This document shows positions 10,771 to 19,853 of a DNA stretch of 64,000 nt, piece after piece. Under the pieces are notes generated by a model, which saw only the letters and a list, made by a program, of their open reading frames with translations, searched no databases and was not told the DNA's origin. The DNA is from an uncultured Chloroflexia bacterium (lineage in GTDB: Bacteria; Chloroflexota; Chloroflexia; QHBQ01; JADMIH01), in NCBI GenBank assembly GCA_963797095.1, contig CAWCNY010000001.1, positions 128,001 to 192,000 on the forward strand, read 5' to 3'. The position numbers and the translations under genes are program-made. Numbering within the stretch: the first letter of the stretch is position 1; every line of letters starts with the position of its first letter.

Positions 10771-11388
10771 ATGGCGATTGACTTAGGGGCACCGGAGTTG
10801 CGCATTGTGGCTGCCGATAACGATACAATCCTCGATCTTGATGCTATGCAGGGGTTGTGGACCGAGGAGCAGTATCTGCGGCTGACCGATCATAGTCACC
10901 GGTTGCTTGAGTTTTCAGATGGCTCTATCGAGGTGTTGCCGATGCCTACGGACAAACATCAGGTTATATCTCGGTTCCTGCTGCTGGCCTTCCTGCCATT
11001 CATAGAGAAATTGGGCGGAACTATCCTGTACGCGCCGATTCGGTTACGGATACGAGAGGGGAAGTATCGCGAACCGGACCTTCTCTTGATGTTAGATGCC
11101 GATGATCCCCGCAGGCAAGACGCTTACTGGCTGGGAGCCGACCTGGTTGTTGAGATCGTCAGCCCGGACGATCCTGAGCGGGATACGAGGGTGAAGCGCA
11201 GAGAGTACGCGCAGGCCGGAATACCGGAATATTGGATAGTGAACCCACAGGATGAGAGTGTGACTGTGCTACGCTTGGCGGGTAGTCGCTACGCTGAGCA
11301 CGGCACCTATCGGCGGGGTGACACCGCTAACTCCGCGCTTCTAGCGGGCTTCACGCTGTCTGTGAGCGATTTGTTCGATGCTCGTTGA
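10771..11388 (+). CDS. Uma2 (DUF820) family PD-(D/E)XK endonuclease
   Basis: 'LLEFSDGSIEVLPMP...H', 'REPDLL', 'ADLVVEIVSP', 'KRREYAQAGIPEYWIVNP'. Confidence 0.92.
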   Translation: MAIDLGAPELRIVAADNDTILDLDAMQGLWTEEQYLRLTDHSHRLLEFSDGSIEVLPMPTDKHQVISRFLLLAFLPFIEKLGGTILYAPIRLRIREGKYREPDLLLMLDADDPRRQDAYWLGADLVVEIVSPDDPERDTRVKRREYAQAGIPEYWIVNPQDESVTVLRLAGSRYAEHGTYRRGDTANSALLAGFTLSVSDLFDAR

Positions 11389-12521
11389 TGGATTGAGGGA
11401 GCAGTTGTAGCAGAAGCGGCCTTCTGAGTGGGTGGCTTGGCATTCGAGGCAGTTCCACATAGTGAGACTCGTTTTCTTGAGTAATCTTCAGGCTACTCTA
11501 GAAAGTGCCAACTCAAAGCAAATCTCCCAACTGCTTCTGCCATCTAAAGGGAACTCTCCCTCTGCCTATGGTGATACTAGCACTAGCATATATGATGTTT
11601 TCTACTACTTGTACGGAGTCACCATTAGGATCATAAACCTCAACTTTCGCATTTTTCACGTCAAAAACGGACTCGTCTCTAGCACTAATCGAACAGGTAC
11701 CGCTGGCATAGACCTTGACCTCAACGCGCGGTGCATCCCCTAACCTGATCGTCCTGAATGCTCGGTAATTTAGACTATAACTTGTGGCTAGGATATCGGT
11801 ATTCTCTGTGAGGAAAGGCGATATCTTATGCTCAGTTATCTCCTGCAATTCGAATCCAAGAGTTGAATCAGTCTTCGAGAGCTTTTTGCTCATATCTTGG
11901 AGGTGAGTTCTGATAATGCGATCAATCTGCGTGGCAATCCGCTCAAGATTGAGGGTAGGAATTTGTTCTCTCAGTGCCTCCAAATAGGTCGCAAGTTCGT
12001 AGTAAACCACAACGCCACCTCCAGCACTGGCGATATCATCTCTCAAATTTTGAGCCAACCCTTTTCTTGGATCCCTATCCTGGAAGAACGCCTTGTCTTC
12101 TGTGACAAAAACGACCTCAAATGAACGCGCGAGTTCAAGAATCGCTTCCCATATTGCCAAATCTTTGAACTGCTGATTCTTAAATCCATTTGGTGGGCTT
12201 TCTTCCATTACTCGCCTGAGTGAGGATTCAGCGTGTTCAAAAGTAAATGGAATGCGTACAATTCTGACCCGTTCCTCAATAAAGTCAAGTCTAGTCTGGA
12301 CGCTCTGCTTCAAGTCCTCATCTGTTGGTACTATATAGTCATCTCTCGAACCCATCAGCATAGTAATTGTTTCGAAGTTGTCTTTGATTTTTTCTACGGC
12401 ATCATGCCCAGCCAGAATCGCATCTCTATCTTTGCACATTTCAAAGTGAATGATTGAAGGCATAGGGCCTATCGGGTATAAGAGGGTTGCGAACACCAAT
12501 CCTTACCCGAGGAGGACCACT

Positions 12522-14059
12522 ATGCCTACCCCCATTATATGCGCCGATGGGAGCGTGCGCTACTTCGCCCAGACCTTCCGTCACTGCTTCAGCAAGCCTC
12601 AATTCCAGTACTTTGTTACCGTACTGCTGGCTCTGCTGTTGTGCATGGAAGCTCGTACCCTGTGTGGACTGCACCGTGCTGTGTGCGGAGGCGGAGTACG
12701 CACCCGCGCTCGCGCTTACTGTGGCCTGAGCCGCTTCTTGAGCCGCGCTCCTTGGGAAGGGCAGGCTGTTGTGGCTGCCTGGTGTGCCCGTTTCCGAGCA
12801 CAACTTGCCCCCCAGGTAGCCCAAGAGCGTGCCACCTTGCGTAGTCACCACCGACGCTACACCGGTCGGGGTCGTAAGGGTCGCCTTCCTGCTCGTGTAA
12901 CCTCTGTGACCGGTTCTTGATTGGAGACGACTCCACCATGCACAAGCCCAAAGGCCGCAAGATGGCTGGGATAGGCCGCCACTTCTCCTCGACGGTGGGG
13001 CACCCGGTGCAAGGGCACAACATGTTGACCACCCTGTATGTGTTGCCTACGTTGGATAGGTGCTGTCCCCAGGCTCCTTGTCTGTATCGGCAGCGAGAGG
13101 TCTGTGAGCGAGAGGGTGTGCCCTTCAAGAGCAAGGTTGACCTGCTGGTGGAGCAGATTGAGAGTTTCGAGCCGGTGGAAGGGACCGACACCCATGTGCT
13201 GGTGGACAGTTGGTTTGGGTGCAAGGCGGTATGGAAGGCGGCTCGGCAGCGAGCCTTCCATATTACCAGTGGGCTGAAAGCCAATCGCTCCATCCGAGTA
13301 GAGCAGCTTGTCGGCGGTACGAGTGCCGCCAGTGCCGCCAGTGCCGCCAGTGCCGCCAGTGCCGCCAGTGCCGCCAGTGCCGCCAGTGCCGCCAGTGCCG
13401 CCAGTGCCGCCAGTGCCGCCAGTGCCGCCAGTGCCGCCAGTGCCGCCAGTGCCGCCAGTGCTGCAGACTGGTGTTGGCAGCCTCTGCCGGAATATGTGGC
13501 GGGCTTGAGCGAGGCCGATTACGTGCTGGTACGCTGGCCCAGAAGCGAACTCGGTTGCGGTCGCGATGCCGATGCCAAAGGGGAGGTGAGCACTGTGTAC
13601 GCGCATGCGATTACCACAATGGTGCGTAAGCTGTACAAGTGCCAGGTGCTGGTAGTGAGGCACAGCCTGGGTGCTCCTGTGTCCGAGACCAGATACTGGG
13701 CATCGAGTGACTTGGGGGCAAGTGTGGAGCAGTTGCTGCAATATGTAGCGGCACGCTGGGACATCGAGGTGCTGTTTGCCGACTGCAAGGAGTTGATGGG
13801 GCTTGACCACTACCAAGTGATGAGCGCCCCGGCTATCGAGCGGTTCTGGACGTTGGTGTTGGCGGCGTACCTGCTCTTGGACGAGGAGCGTGCCCGTTTG
13901 CAGGCCACCACGACCGAGACTGAACATGTTCGTGTGACCATCGGGGATGCGCGCCGAGAAATGCAGCGAGTGCATCGGCGGCACTTGCTGGATTGGCTGC
14001 ATAAGCAGTTTGTGGCGGGTGTTGCTCAGGAGCATCTGTATGACCTATTCGCCGCTTGA
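12522..14059 (+). pseudogene. IS701-family DDE transposase, frameshifted near 12915
   Basis: RBS GAGGAGG before ATG 12522; 'LSRFL', 'IGDDST', 'VLVDSWF', 'Y..RWDIE..F...K..GLDHYQ'. One base is missing at ggttcttgatt. Confidence 0.85.
13322..13465 (+). repeat. (AGTGCCGCC)15 plus one degenerate unit, in frame in the transposase (SAA x16)
   Basis: Counted directly: 13322-13456 perfect, then AGTGCTGCA. Confidence 0.95.
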
Positions 14060-14370
14060 CGGGCCAGTTCTAAAATCTGCAAAGATAGAGATCGCATGTT
14101 TGATAACTTCTTGCTCGATAATAGTCGGCAATCCAAATATACCTTTCATTCGCATTAGTGCATACATCAAGGCTGGACCTAATCCGGTCCTCAGTAGCCT
14201 TGTGCTAAGCCACACGTTTGCATCCAATACTACACAGGAAGGTTTCCGATGGTCTCGATCCTCAAATTCAACACTACGAACCATACCCTTCCCCCAAAAT
14301 GCTACTAGTTGGTACTCTACTTTCGGTCCCAAGGATTATCAACGATAAGCATTCAGGCGCGAGAGTTGGG

Positions 14371-15501
14371 CTAAATCGCCTGGCCGATCATGCGTTTGCC
14401 CCTGGCTTTTTCGGTGGGGGCGTGGAGTAGCCCGGCGCGTTCGAGTAGGTAGTAATAGGATTCGCGGTCGGTGTTGTGGAGGACGGCGAACTGGTGGGCG
14501 AGGGTTAGGGCGTTGGGATAGCCTTTGCCGAGGACGGATTGGTGGAGGATGATCTCTATGGTGCGCTCTAGCTGGCCTTGCTGGGCCACCCAGAGGGGGA
14601 ATTCGAGGCGGGCGATCTCGTACTGGGTGCCGAGGTAGGCGAAGGTTAGCTCTTTGGCGATGCCGGAGTTTTCGGAGACGAGGTAGGTGAAGACGGCCTC
14701 GAAGAGGGGGGATAGCTCGCCGTCGTCGAGGAGGGTCCAGAACAGGTCGGCGTCGTTGATGCTCCAGAGGGGGGAGCAGGTGCACGGCTCGGTGGGGCGC
14801 TGCTCGTGGGGGGTGGGCTGCTCGCAGGCGAGGAGGCGGATGGCGCGCATGACCATGCCGGAGTCGGGGCGTGAGATGTAGCCGACGACGGGGACGGAGA
14901 TGCGCTCGAAGTCGCGGAGGACCTGGAGGTAGTCGGCCATTAGCTCGGAGACGGCCCGTTCGTTGGAGAGCATGTAGACAAGCTGCATCAGGGAACCGTC
15001 GAGGAGGGCCACGTCGGCGCGGTACTGGCGGGACCAGTTGTATAGCTCGCGCAGCTCGTGGAGGGCGCAGCGCGCGCCGAGGACGCGGGCGGAGTAGAGT
15101 TCTTCGCTGTCGGCGGGGAGCTCGGGGTAGTGGGTGGGGGTGTTGTCGATCTCGGCGGAGGGGAGGTGGCCGTACTGGATCATGACGCGGCCCACGTTGA
15201 TGAGGTAGCAGAGAGCGCCGCGGTGCTTGTCGGGAGCGATGAAGGAGGAGTCGGTGGCGACTACGCGGTAGGAGGGAGGGTGGGGGGCATGCTGGGGGAA
15301 GGTGTGGAGGGGGGAGAGGGGGGCGGCTACCCAGCGGCGGGCGGCAGCATCGCGCACCCGAAGCTCCCATTCGGTTTCGCCGACGGCGTTGTAGATGCGG
15401 CGGGCAAGCTCGATGGCTTCGGCGCGGGCGTTGGCCTCGGCCTGGGAACCGGATTTGGACTGTTCGATCTGGTGGGCTACTTCGGCGGCGTTGAAAGGCA
15501 T
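14371..15501 (-). CDS. nurA: NurA-family DNA double-strand-break repair nuclease
   Basis: 'VVATDSS', 'LLDGSL', 'VVGYISRP', 'IARLEFP', 'KGYPNALTLAHQFAV'. Confidence 0.9.
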   Translation of the reverse strand: MPFNAAEVAHQIEQSKSGSQAEANARAEAIELARRIYNAVGETEWELRVRDAAARRWVAAPLSPLHTFPQHAPHPPSYRVVATDSSFIAPDKHRGALCYLINVGRVMIQYGHLPSAEIDNTPTHYPELPADSEELYSARVLGARCALHELRELYNWSRQYRADVALLDGSLMQLVYMLSNERAVSELMADYLQVLRDFERISVPVVGYISRPDSGMVMRAIRLLACEQPTPHEQRPTEPCTCSPLWSINDADLFWTLLDDGELSPLFEAVFTYLVSENSGIAKELTFAYLGTQYEIARLEFPLWVAQQGQLERTIEIILHQSVLGKGYPNALTLAHQFAVLHNTDRESYYYLLERAGLLHAPTEKARGKRMIGQAI

Positions 15502-15503
15502 GG

Positions 15504-15561
15504 TTGGATTTCGGATTTTCGATTTCGGATTGCGGATTTATTGTTTGATTTTTGATTTTGG
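15504..15561. repeat. Degenerate GATTTYG/GATTTTG heptamer array upstream of nurA
   Basis: ttggatttcggattttcgatttcggattgcggattt...gatttttgattttgg. Confidence 0.8.
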
Positions 15562-15665
15562 TACAGGAAGGGTTGGTGATTGGCGCGAAGGGCTTTGTTT
15601 TGTTTGCACCGCAGAGGGGTAGAGGGCGCGGAGGGTTGAAGAGGATTGGGATTGTATGGAAGTAC

Positions 15666-15679
15666 AGTACAATAGTTCG
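15666..15679 (-). promoter_or_regulatory. Candidate LexA (SOS) box CGAAC-TATT-GTACT next to a TACAAT -10 (15651-15656) upstream of nurA
   Basis: One mismatch to the GAAC-N4-GTTC box, in front of a DNA-repair gene. Confidence 0.5.
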
Positions 15680-15760
15680 GGGGGAGTGGGCAAGTTTTTC
15701 CACTTCCTGTTCGGGTTTCGGCCTGTGAGATAGGATTATAGGGGCATTTTGCAGGCTCAA

Positions 15761-16261
15761 TCAGGGGGTGTTGGGGTGGTTACGTTTGAGGCGGGGGAAC
15801 CAGCGGGGAACCTGGGATTTGTAGGTGAGATAGGCGGGGCCGAAGCGTTCTTCGAGGCCGGGTTCTTCGGAGAGGATGAAGTAGGCGTGGTTGAGCGTGA
15901 AGACGAAGAGCGCCCAGATGGCGATGGGCCAGGAGCCGAAGAAGAGGGATTCGCCGATTAGCATGGTGATGACGCCGCTGATCATGGGGTTGCGGACGTA
16001 GCGGTAGGGACCCGCGGCGACGAGGGACTGGGTGGGGTCCCATGGGGCGAGGGTGCCGCGACCTACGCGGGCGAAGAGGGTTACGCACCAGAGGAAGAGG
16101 GCAAAGCCCGCGGCGAATATTAGCAGGCCGAGTATGCGCGCGGGCCATTCGATGAGGTTATTGGTCCAGCGCGATTCTGCGGGCGCGAGGAGCCCCCACG
16201 GGATCAGCACGACCACCGTGAAGGGTAGGAGCAATATCGCGAGCAGATGACGGAGTATCAT
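15761..16261 (-). CDS. Isoprenylcysteine carboxyl methyltransferase/PEMT-family membrane protein
   Basis: 'GRGTLAPWDP..LV..GPYRYVRNPM', 'EEPGLEERFG..Y..YK..VPRW'. Confidence 0.9.
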   Translation of the reverse strand: MILRHLLAILLLPFTVVVLIPWGLLAPAESRWTNNLIEWPARILGLLIFAAGFALFLWCVTLFARVGRGTLAPWDPTQSLVAAGPYRYVRNPMISGVITMLIGESLFFGSWPIAIWALFVFTLNHAYFILSEEPGLEERFGPAYLTYKSQVPRWFPRLKRNHPNTP

Positions 16262-16986
16262 CTTCTAGCCATGGATTCTGGCTCCTTGATGCAGGTGTAG
16301 GCGGCGCGGACATGGAGGCGGTCGCGCTCGGTATGGAGAATCCGGAAGCCTGCCTGGGCGAGCATCGGTTCGAGGAGCCAGTTGAAGGTGCTGTATTCTT
16401 CTTGGAGGTGGGTTTCCAGCTCGGGGCGGGTCCAGCCGAGGTCGGGAGTGGGGCTGGCGTTGGCGAGCCAGGCTTCGATTGCGGAGGGGGCTTCGGTGGG
16501 GGTGAAGGAGTAGATGAGGTCGCGGAGGAAGAAGACGCCGCCCGGTTGGAGGATGTCGGCGATGCGCCGGAGGGCGATGGCCTTCCAGAAGTCGGGCAGA
16601 TGGTGGAGGGCGTGGCGGGAGTAGACGAAGGCGGCGGGGTCGCCGTGATGCTGATAGGTGAGGAAGCCGCCCTGGACGCATTCGACGTTGTCGATGCGAA
16701 GTTGGGCGGCTTTTTCGCGCAGGGCCGCGAGCATGACGGGGGAGATATCGACGGCTACGACGCGGCGGCAGAGCGGGGCGACGGCCAGGGCGAAGGTGCC
16801 TGTGCCCGCGCCGAGGTCTACGAGGGTGTGGGTGCTGTTGAGGCCGAGGTCGCACAGGATGGCGAGGTCTTCGGCGGGGTCGGTGGCGGCTTTGGCGTCA
16901 TAGGTGGGGACGTAGGTTGGCTCGAGGTGCTCAGGGCCCGCGTGGGAAAGCTCGTCTGGGAACCAGGAAGGGGATGGCGTGTTCAT
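16258..16986 (-). CDS. Class I SAM-dependent methyltransferase
   Basis: True start MNTPSP at 16986; 'LVDLGAGTG', 'VAVDIS', 'ALHHLPDFWK', 'LQPGG'. Confidence 0.88.
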   Translation of the reverse strand: MNTPSPSWFPDELSHAGPEHLEPTYVPTYDAKAATDPAEDLAILCDLGLNSTHTLVDLGAGTGTFALAVAPLCRRVVAVDISPVMLAALREKAAQLRIDNVECVQGGFLTYQHHGDPAAFVYSRHALHHLPDFWKAIALRRIADILQPGGVFFLRDLIYSFTPTEAPSAIEAWLANASPTPDLGWTRPELETHLQEEYSTFNWLLEPMLAQAGFRILHTERDRLHVRAAYTCIKEPESMARR

Positions 16987-17942
16987 TGGAGTACCTGCGG
17001 GTTGATGATGTTGGTGGGGTGGCCGGAGGCGAAGGCGTTGATCTGGTCGAAGGCTGCGCCGAAGTATAACTCGTAGCTGTCTTCTTCTACGTAGCCGAGG
17101 TGGGGGGTGCAGATGGCGTTGGGGAGGTGGAGGAGGGGGTGGTCGGTTAGAGGCTCGGACTGGTAGACATCGACGGCGCCGAAGCCGGGACGCCCTGATT
17201 TGAGGGCGGCTTCGAGAGCACCGGGGGCGATTAGCTCGGCGCGGGCGGTGTTGACCAGGAGGGCGGTGGGTTTCATGAGGGCGAGATGGTGGGGGGTGAC
17301 TATAGCGCGTGTGTCGTCGGATAGCTTTGCGTGGAGGCAGAGGACATCGGATTGCTCGAAGAGGGTGTCGAGGTCGGGGGCGGTTTGGAAGCCGTCGGAT
17401 CGGGCGCGGGAGAGGGAGCCTTGGCGGCCCCAGGCGATTACGTTCATGCCGAAAGCGCGGCCATAATTGGCGACCACGCTGCCGATCCTGCCATAGCCGA
17501 GGATGCCGAGGGTGCGGCCACGGAGGCCGGTGCCGAGGGTGGTTTGCCAGGTGCCCTGTTTGAGGGCGGCGATCTCCTGGGGGAGGTGGCGCATGGAGGC
17601 GAGGACGAGGGCCCAGGTTAGCTCGGCGGCGGCATGGGGGGAGCCTCCGCCTACGGCCACGGTCACGCGGTGGCGGGTGCAGGCGTCGAGGTCGATGTGG
17701 GGGATGCCGCGGCCTGTCTGGCTGATGAGCTTGAGGTTGGGGAGGAGGGAGAGGAGAGGCTCGGTGATGGCGGTGCGCTCGCGGATGAGGACCAGGGCGT
17801 CGGCCTGGCGGAAGCGAGCGCCGAGGGTGGGGGTGTCTTTTACGGTGTCGTTGTAGATGGTGACGTGGTGGGCGGCGAGCTTGCTGAAGCAATCGAGGGT
17901 GCGGACTGCGTCCTGGTAGTCGTCGGGGATTACTATTTTCAT
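16983..17942 (-). CDS. D-2-hydroxyacid dehydrogenase family protein
   Basis: Start [10 protein letters not shown] at 17942; 'GILGYGRIG', 'LVNTARA', 'CTPHLGY'. Confidence 0.92.
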   Translation of the reverse strand: MKIVIPDDYQDAVRTLDCFSKLAAHHVTIYNDTVKDTPTLGARFRQADALVLIRERTAITEPLLSLLPNLKLISQTGRGIPHIDLDACTRHRVTVAVGGGSPHAAAELTWALVLASMRHLPQEIAALKQGTWQTTLGTGLRGRTLGILGYGRIGSVVANYGRAFGMNVIAWGRQGSLSRARSDGFQTAPDLDTLFEQSDVLCLHAKLSDDTRAIVTPHHLALMKPTALLVNTARAELIAPGALEAALKSGRPGFGAVDVYQSEPLTDHPLLHLPNAICTPHLGYVEEDSYELYFGAAFDQINAFASGHPTNIINPQVLQ

Positions 17943-17963
17943 GACGATAGTATAATACTTGCT
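17943..17963. promoter_or_regulatory. Overlapping divergent -10 elements (TATAAT +, TATACT -); both genes probably leaderless
   Basis: 21-bp gap; TATAAT 17951-17956 is 7 nt before ATG 17964; TATACT (17954-17949) is 6 nt before ATG 17942; no RBS. Confidence 0.65.
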
Positions 17964-18641
17964 ATGCTTTATCTTGTCGCTACGCCTATTGGCAATTTGG
18001 GAGATATGACTTTGCGGGCTATTGAGACTTTGAAGTCGGTGGACTTGATCGCCAGCGAGGATACCCGCAAGACCGGGATGCTGCTGAAGCACTTTGGGAT
18101 CGAGAAGCAGCAGATGCCGTTCCACGAGCACAATGAGGAGAGGGCCGGGGGGCGGATTATCGAGTTGTTGAAGTACGGGAAGAATGTGGCGTTGGTGACG
18201 GATGCGGGCACGCCGGGGATCTCGGACCCGGGGTTCTCGGTGGTGAGGCGGGCGCTGGCGGAGGGGTTGGAGGTTACGATGGTGCCGGGGGCGGCGGCTT
18301 TTGTGATGGCGGTGGTGCTGTCGGGGTTGCCTGTGCACAGCTTTACGTTCAAAGGGTTCGGGCCGCGCAAGCCGGGGCCGCGCAAGAAGTGGATGGCGGT
18401 GGATGCGGAGTCGCCGCATACGCTGGTGTTCTATGAGAGTCCGTACAGACTGAAGGCGTTTCTGGAGGATGCGCTGGAGGTTTACGGGGACAGGCAGGCG
18501 GCGCTGGCCCACGAGTTGACCAAGATGTTCGAGTCGGTGGAGCGCGGGACGATCTCGGAGTTGCTGGCGGGGTTGACGGAACAGAAGTTGCGGGGGGAGC
18601 ATGTGGTGGTGATTGGTGGGTTGGTAGTCGGCAGCCGGTAG
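17964..18641 (+). CDS. rsmI: 16S rRNA (cytidine1402-2'-O)-methyltransferase
   Basis: '[14 protein letters not shown]', 'ASEDTR', '[11 protein letters not shown]', 'FYESPYR', 'ELTKMFE'. Confidence 0.95.
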   Translation: MLYLVATPIGNLGDMTLRAIETLKSVDLIASEDTRKTGMLLKHFGIEKQQMPFHEHNEERAGGRIIELLKYGKNVALVTDAGTPGISDPGFSVVRRALAEGLEVTMVPGAAAFVMAVVLSGLPVHSFTFKGFGPRKPGPRKKWMAVDAESPHTLVFYESPYRLKAFLEDALEVYGDRQAALAHELTKMFESVERGTISELLAGLTEQKLRGEHVVVIGGLVVGSR

Positions 18642-18704
18642 TCGGTAGTCGGTAGTCGGTAGTCGGAGTTAGAGTTTCTAGCTCCTGGTTCCTGGTTCCT
18701 GGTT
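18623..18704. repeat. (GGTAGTC)n then (TCCTGGT)3 heptamer arrays spanning the rsmI stop
   Basis: Six GGTAGTC-type units at 18623-18664, read directly. Confidence 0.9.
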
Positions 18705-18761
18705 CGGGCTGTAAGGTATCGTTTAAGGTTTACCGGCTACTGATTGTGAGGAGTGAGAGAT

Positions 18762-19718
18762 ATGAGTTGGGGACGATTTTTCAAGCTGATACAGTTGGCG
18801 TTTAAGGAGTGGAGCGAGGACAATGCGCCTGTGCTTGGGGCGGCTCTGGCTTATTACACTATCTTTTCTATTGGACCGCTGCTGGTGGCTGTGATCGGGA
18901 TCATCGGGTTGGTGCTTGGGCCGGACGCGGCTTCGGGGAAGGTAGCGGATACGCTGACGCAGTACCTGGGCGCGAGCGGTGCCGAAACAGTGCAGGGGAT
19001 TATCGCGGGGGCGAGCAAGCCGACGGAGGGGATTATCGCGACTGTGATCGGGTCGATTGGGGTGGTGTTCGGGGCGATGGCGATCTTCGGGCAGTTGAAG
19101 AACGCGCTTAATGTGATATGGGAGGCACCTAAGCGGGAAGGGGGCGGGATCGGGGCGACGATCGCTCAGAACGTGGCGATGTTCGCGCTGGTGGTGGCTT
19201 CGGCGCTGGTGTTGTTGCTGTCGCTGGCGGCTACGGCGGTTATCTCGTCGATTGAAAAGATCGTGGGGCAGGTGCTGCCGGGCGGGCCGGTTGTATGGCA
19301 ATTGCTGAATTACGTGGTGTCGCTGGGGTTAGTGACCGTGATGTTCGCGATCATCTTCAAGGTGCTGCCGGATGTGAGTATCGCGTGGAAGGATGTGTGG
19401 CTTGGGAGTTTTATCACGGCGCTGCTGTTTTTGGTGGGGCAGATATTGATCGGGATATATGTGGCGTTGACCAATGTGGGGTCGTCGTATGGGGCGGCTA
19501 GCTCGCTGGTGGCGATCCTTGTGTACATTTATTACTCGGCGCAGATTGTGTTCCTGGGGGCAGAGATCACGCAGGTGTACGCGAATATGTTCGGGTCGCA
19601 CGTGGGGCTGAAGAAGGAGTGGGGGTTCAGGTTGCAGATGCTTCGGCGCAAAGGTGGGGATCAGGAGGAGGCGAAAGAGAAGCGGCCTGTGAGGTCGTCG
19701 CCGTGGTTTGGGGGGTAG
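18762..19718 (+). CDS. YihY/virulence factor BrkB family membrane protein
   Basis: 'GAALAYYTIFS..PLL', 'L..ALNVIW', 'YGAASSLV..L.YIYYSAQIVFLGAE'. Confidence 0.92.
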   Translation: MSWGRFFKLIQLAFKEWSEDNAPVLGAALAYYTIFSIGPLLVAVIGIIGLVLGPDAASGKVADTLTQYLGASGAETVQGIIAGASKPTEGIIATVIGSIGVVFGAMAIFGQLKNALNVIWEAPKREGGGIGATIAQNVAMFALVVASALVLLLSLAATAVISSIEKIVGQVLPGGPVVWQLLNYVVSLGLVTVMFAIIFKVLPDVSIAWKDVWLGSFITALLFLVGQILIGIYVALTNVGSSYGAASSLVAILVYIYYSAQIVFLGAEITQVYANMFGSHVGLKKEWGFRLQMLRRKGGDQEEAKEKRPVRSSPWFGG

Positions 19719-19853
19719 GGTTGTTCTAACATCCGATTTACGTATATCACGTTCATAGGCGAACAACAGTGGATGTTGCAGCAGTGGCTTGGTGCCTTGC
19801 AATATAGGCTGACGACAGACTGAAGATATTCGCAAGCCTGGGCTAAGGCTTAG

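Larger units (their letters stand above)
12424..14090 (+). mobile_element. IS701-like insertion sequence, 1667 bp
   Basis: Terminal inverted repeats CTCTATCTTTGCACATTTCA / revcomp CTCTATCTTTGCAGATTTTA; flanking direct repeat ATCGCAT at 12417-12423 and 14091-14097. Confidence 0.92.
11513..14332 (-). pseudogene. PIN-domain (DUF4935-like) gene interrupted by an IS
   Basis: N-part 'VVLDANVW..LPTIIEQEVIKHAI' and C-part 'LAGHDAVEK..FKDLAIWEAIL..FVTEDKAF' rejoin in frame once 12424-14090 and one target copy are removed. Confidence 0.85.

Noticed and set aside
12905-12925. Programmed frameshift in the IS701 transposase
   Set aside because: No slippery heptamer; IS701 transposases are normally single ORFs; a 1-bp deletion explains it.
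13322-13465. Repeat array as a CRISPR
   Set aside because: Contiguous 9-bp units with no spacers and no cas genes in the window.
14339-18602. Long Arg/Pro-rich ORFs and N-terminal extensions in the ORF track
   Set aside because: Shadow frames caused by the C-rich coding strand; real starts are identifiable at 15501, 16986, 17942 and 17964.
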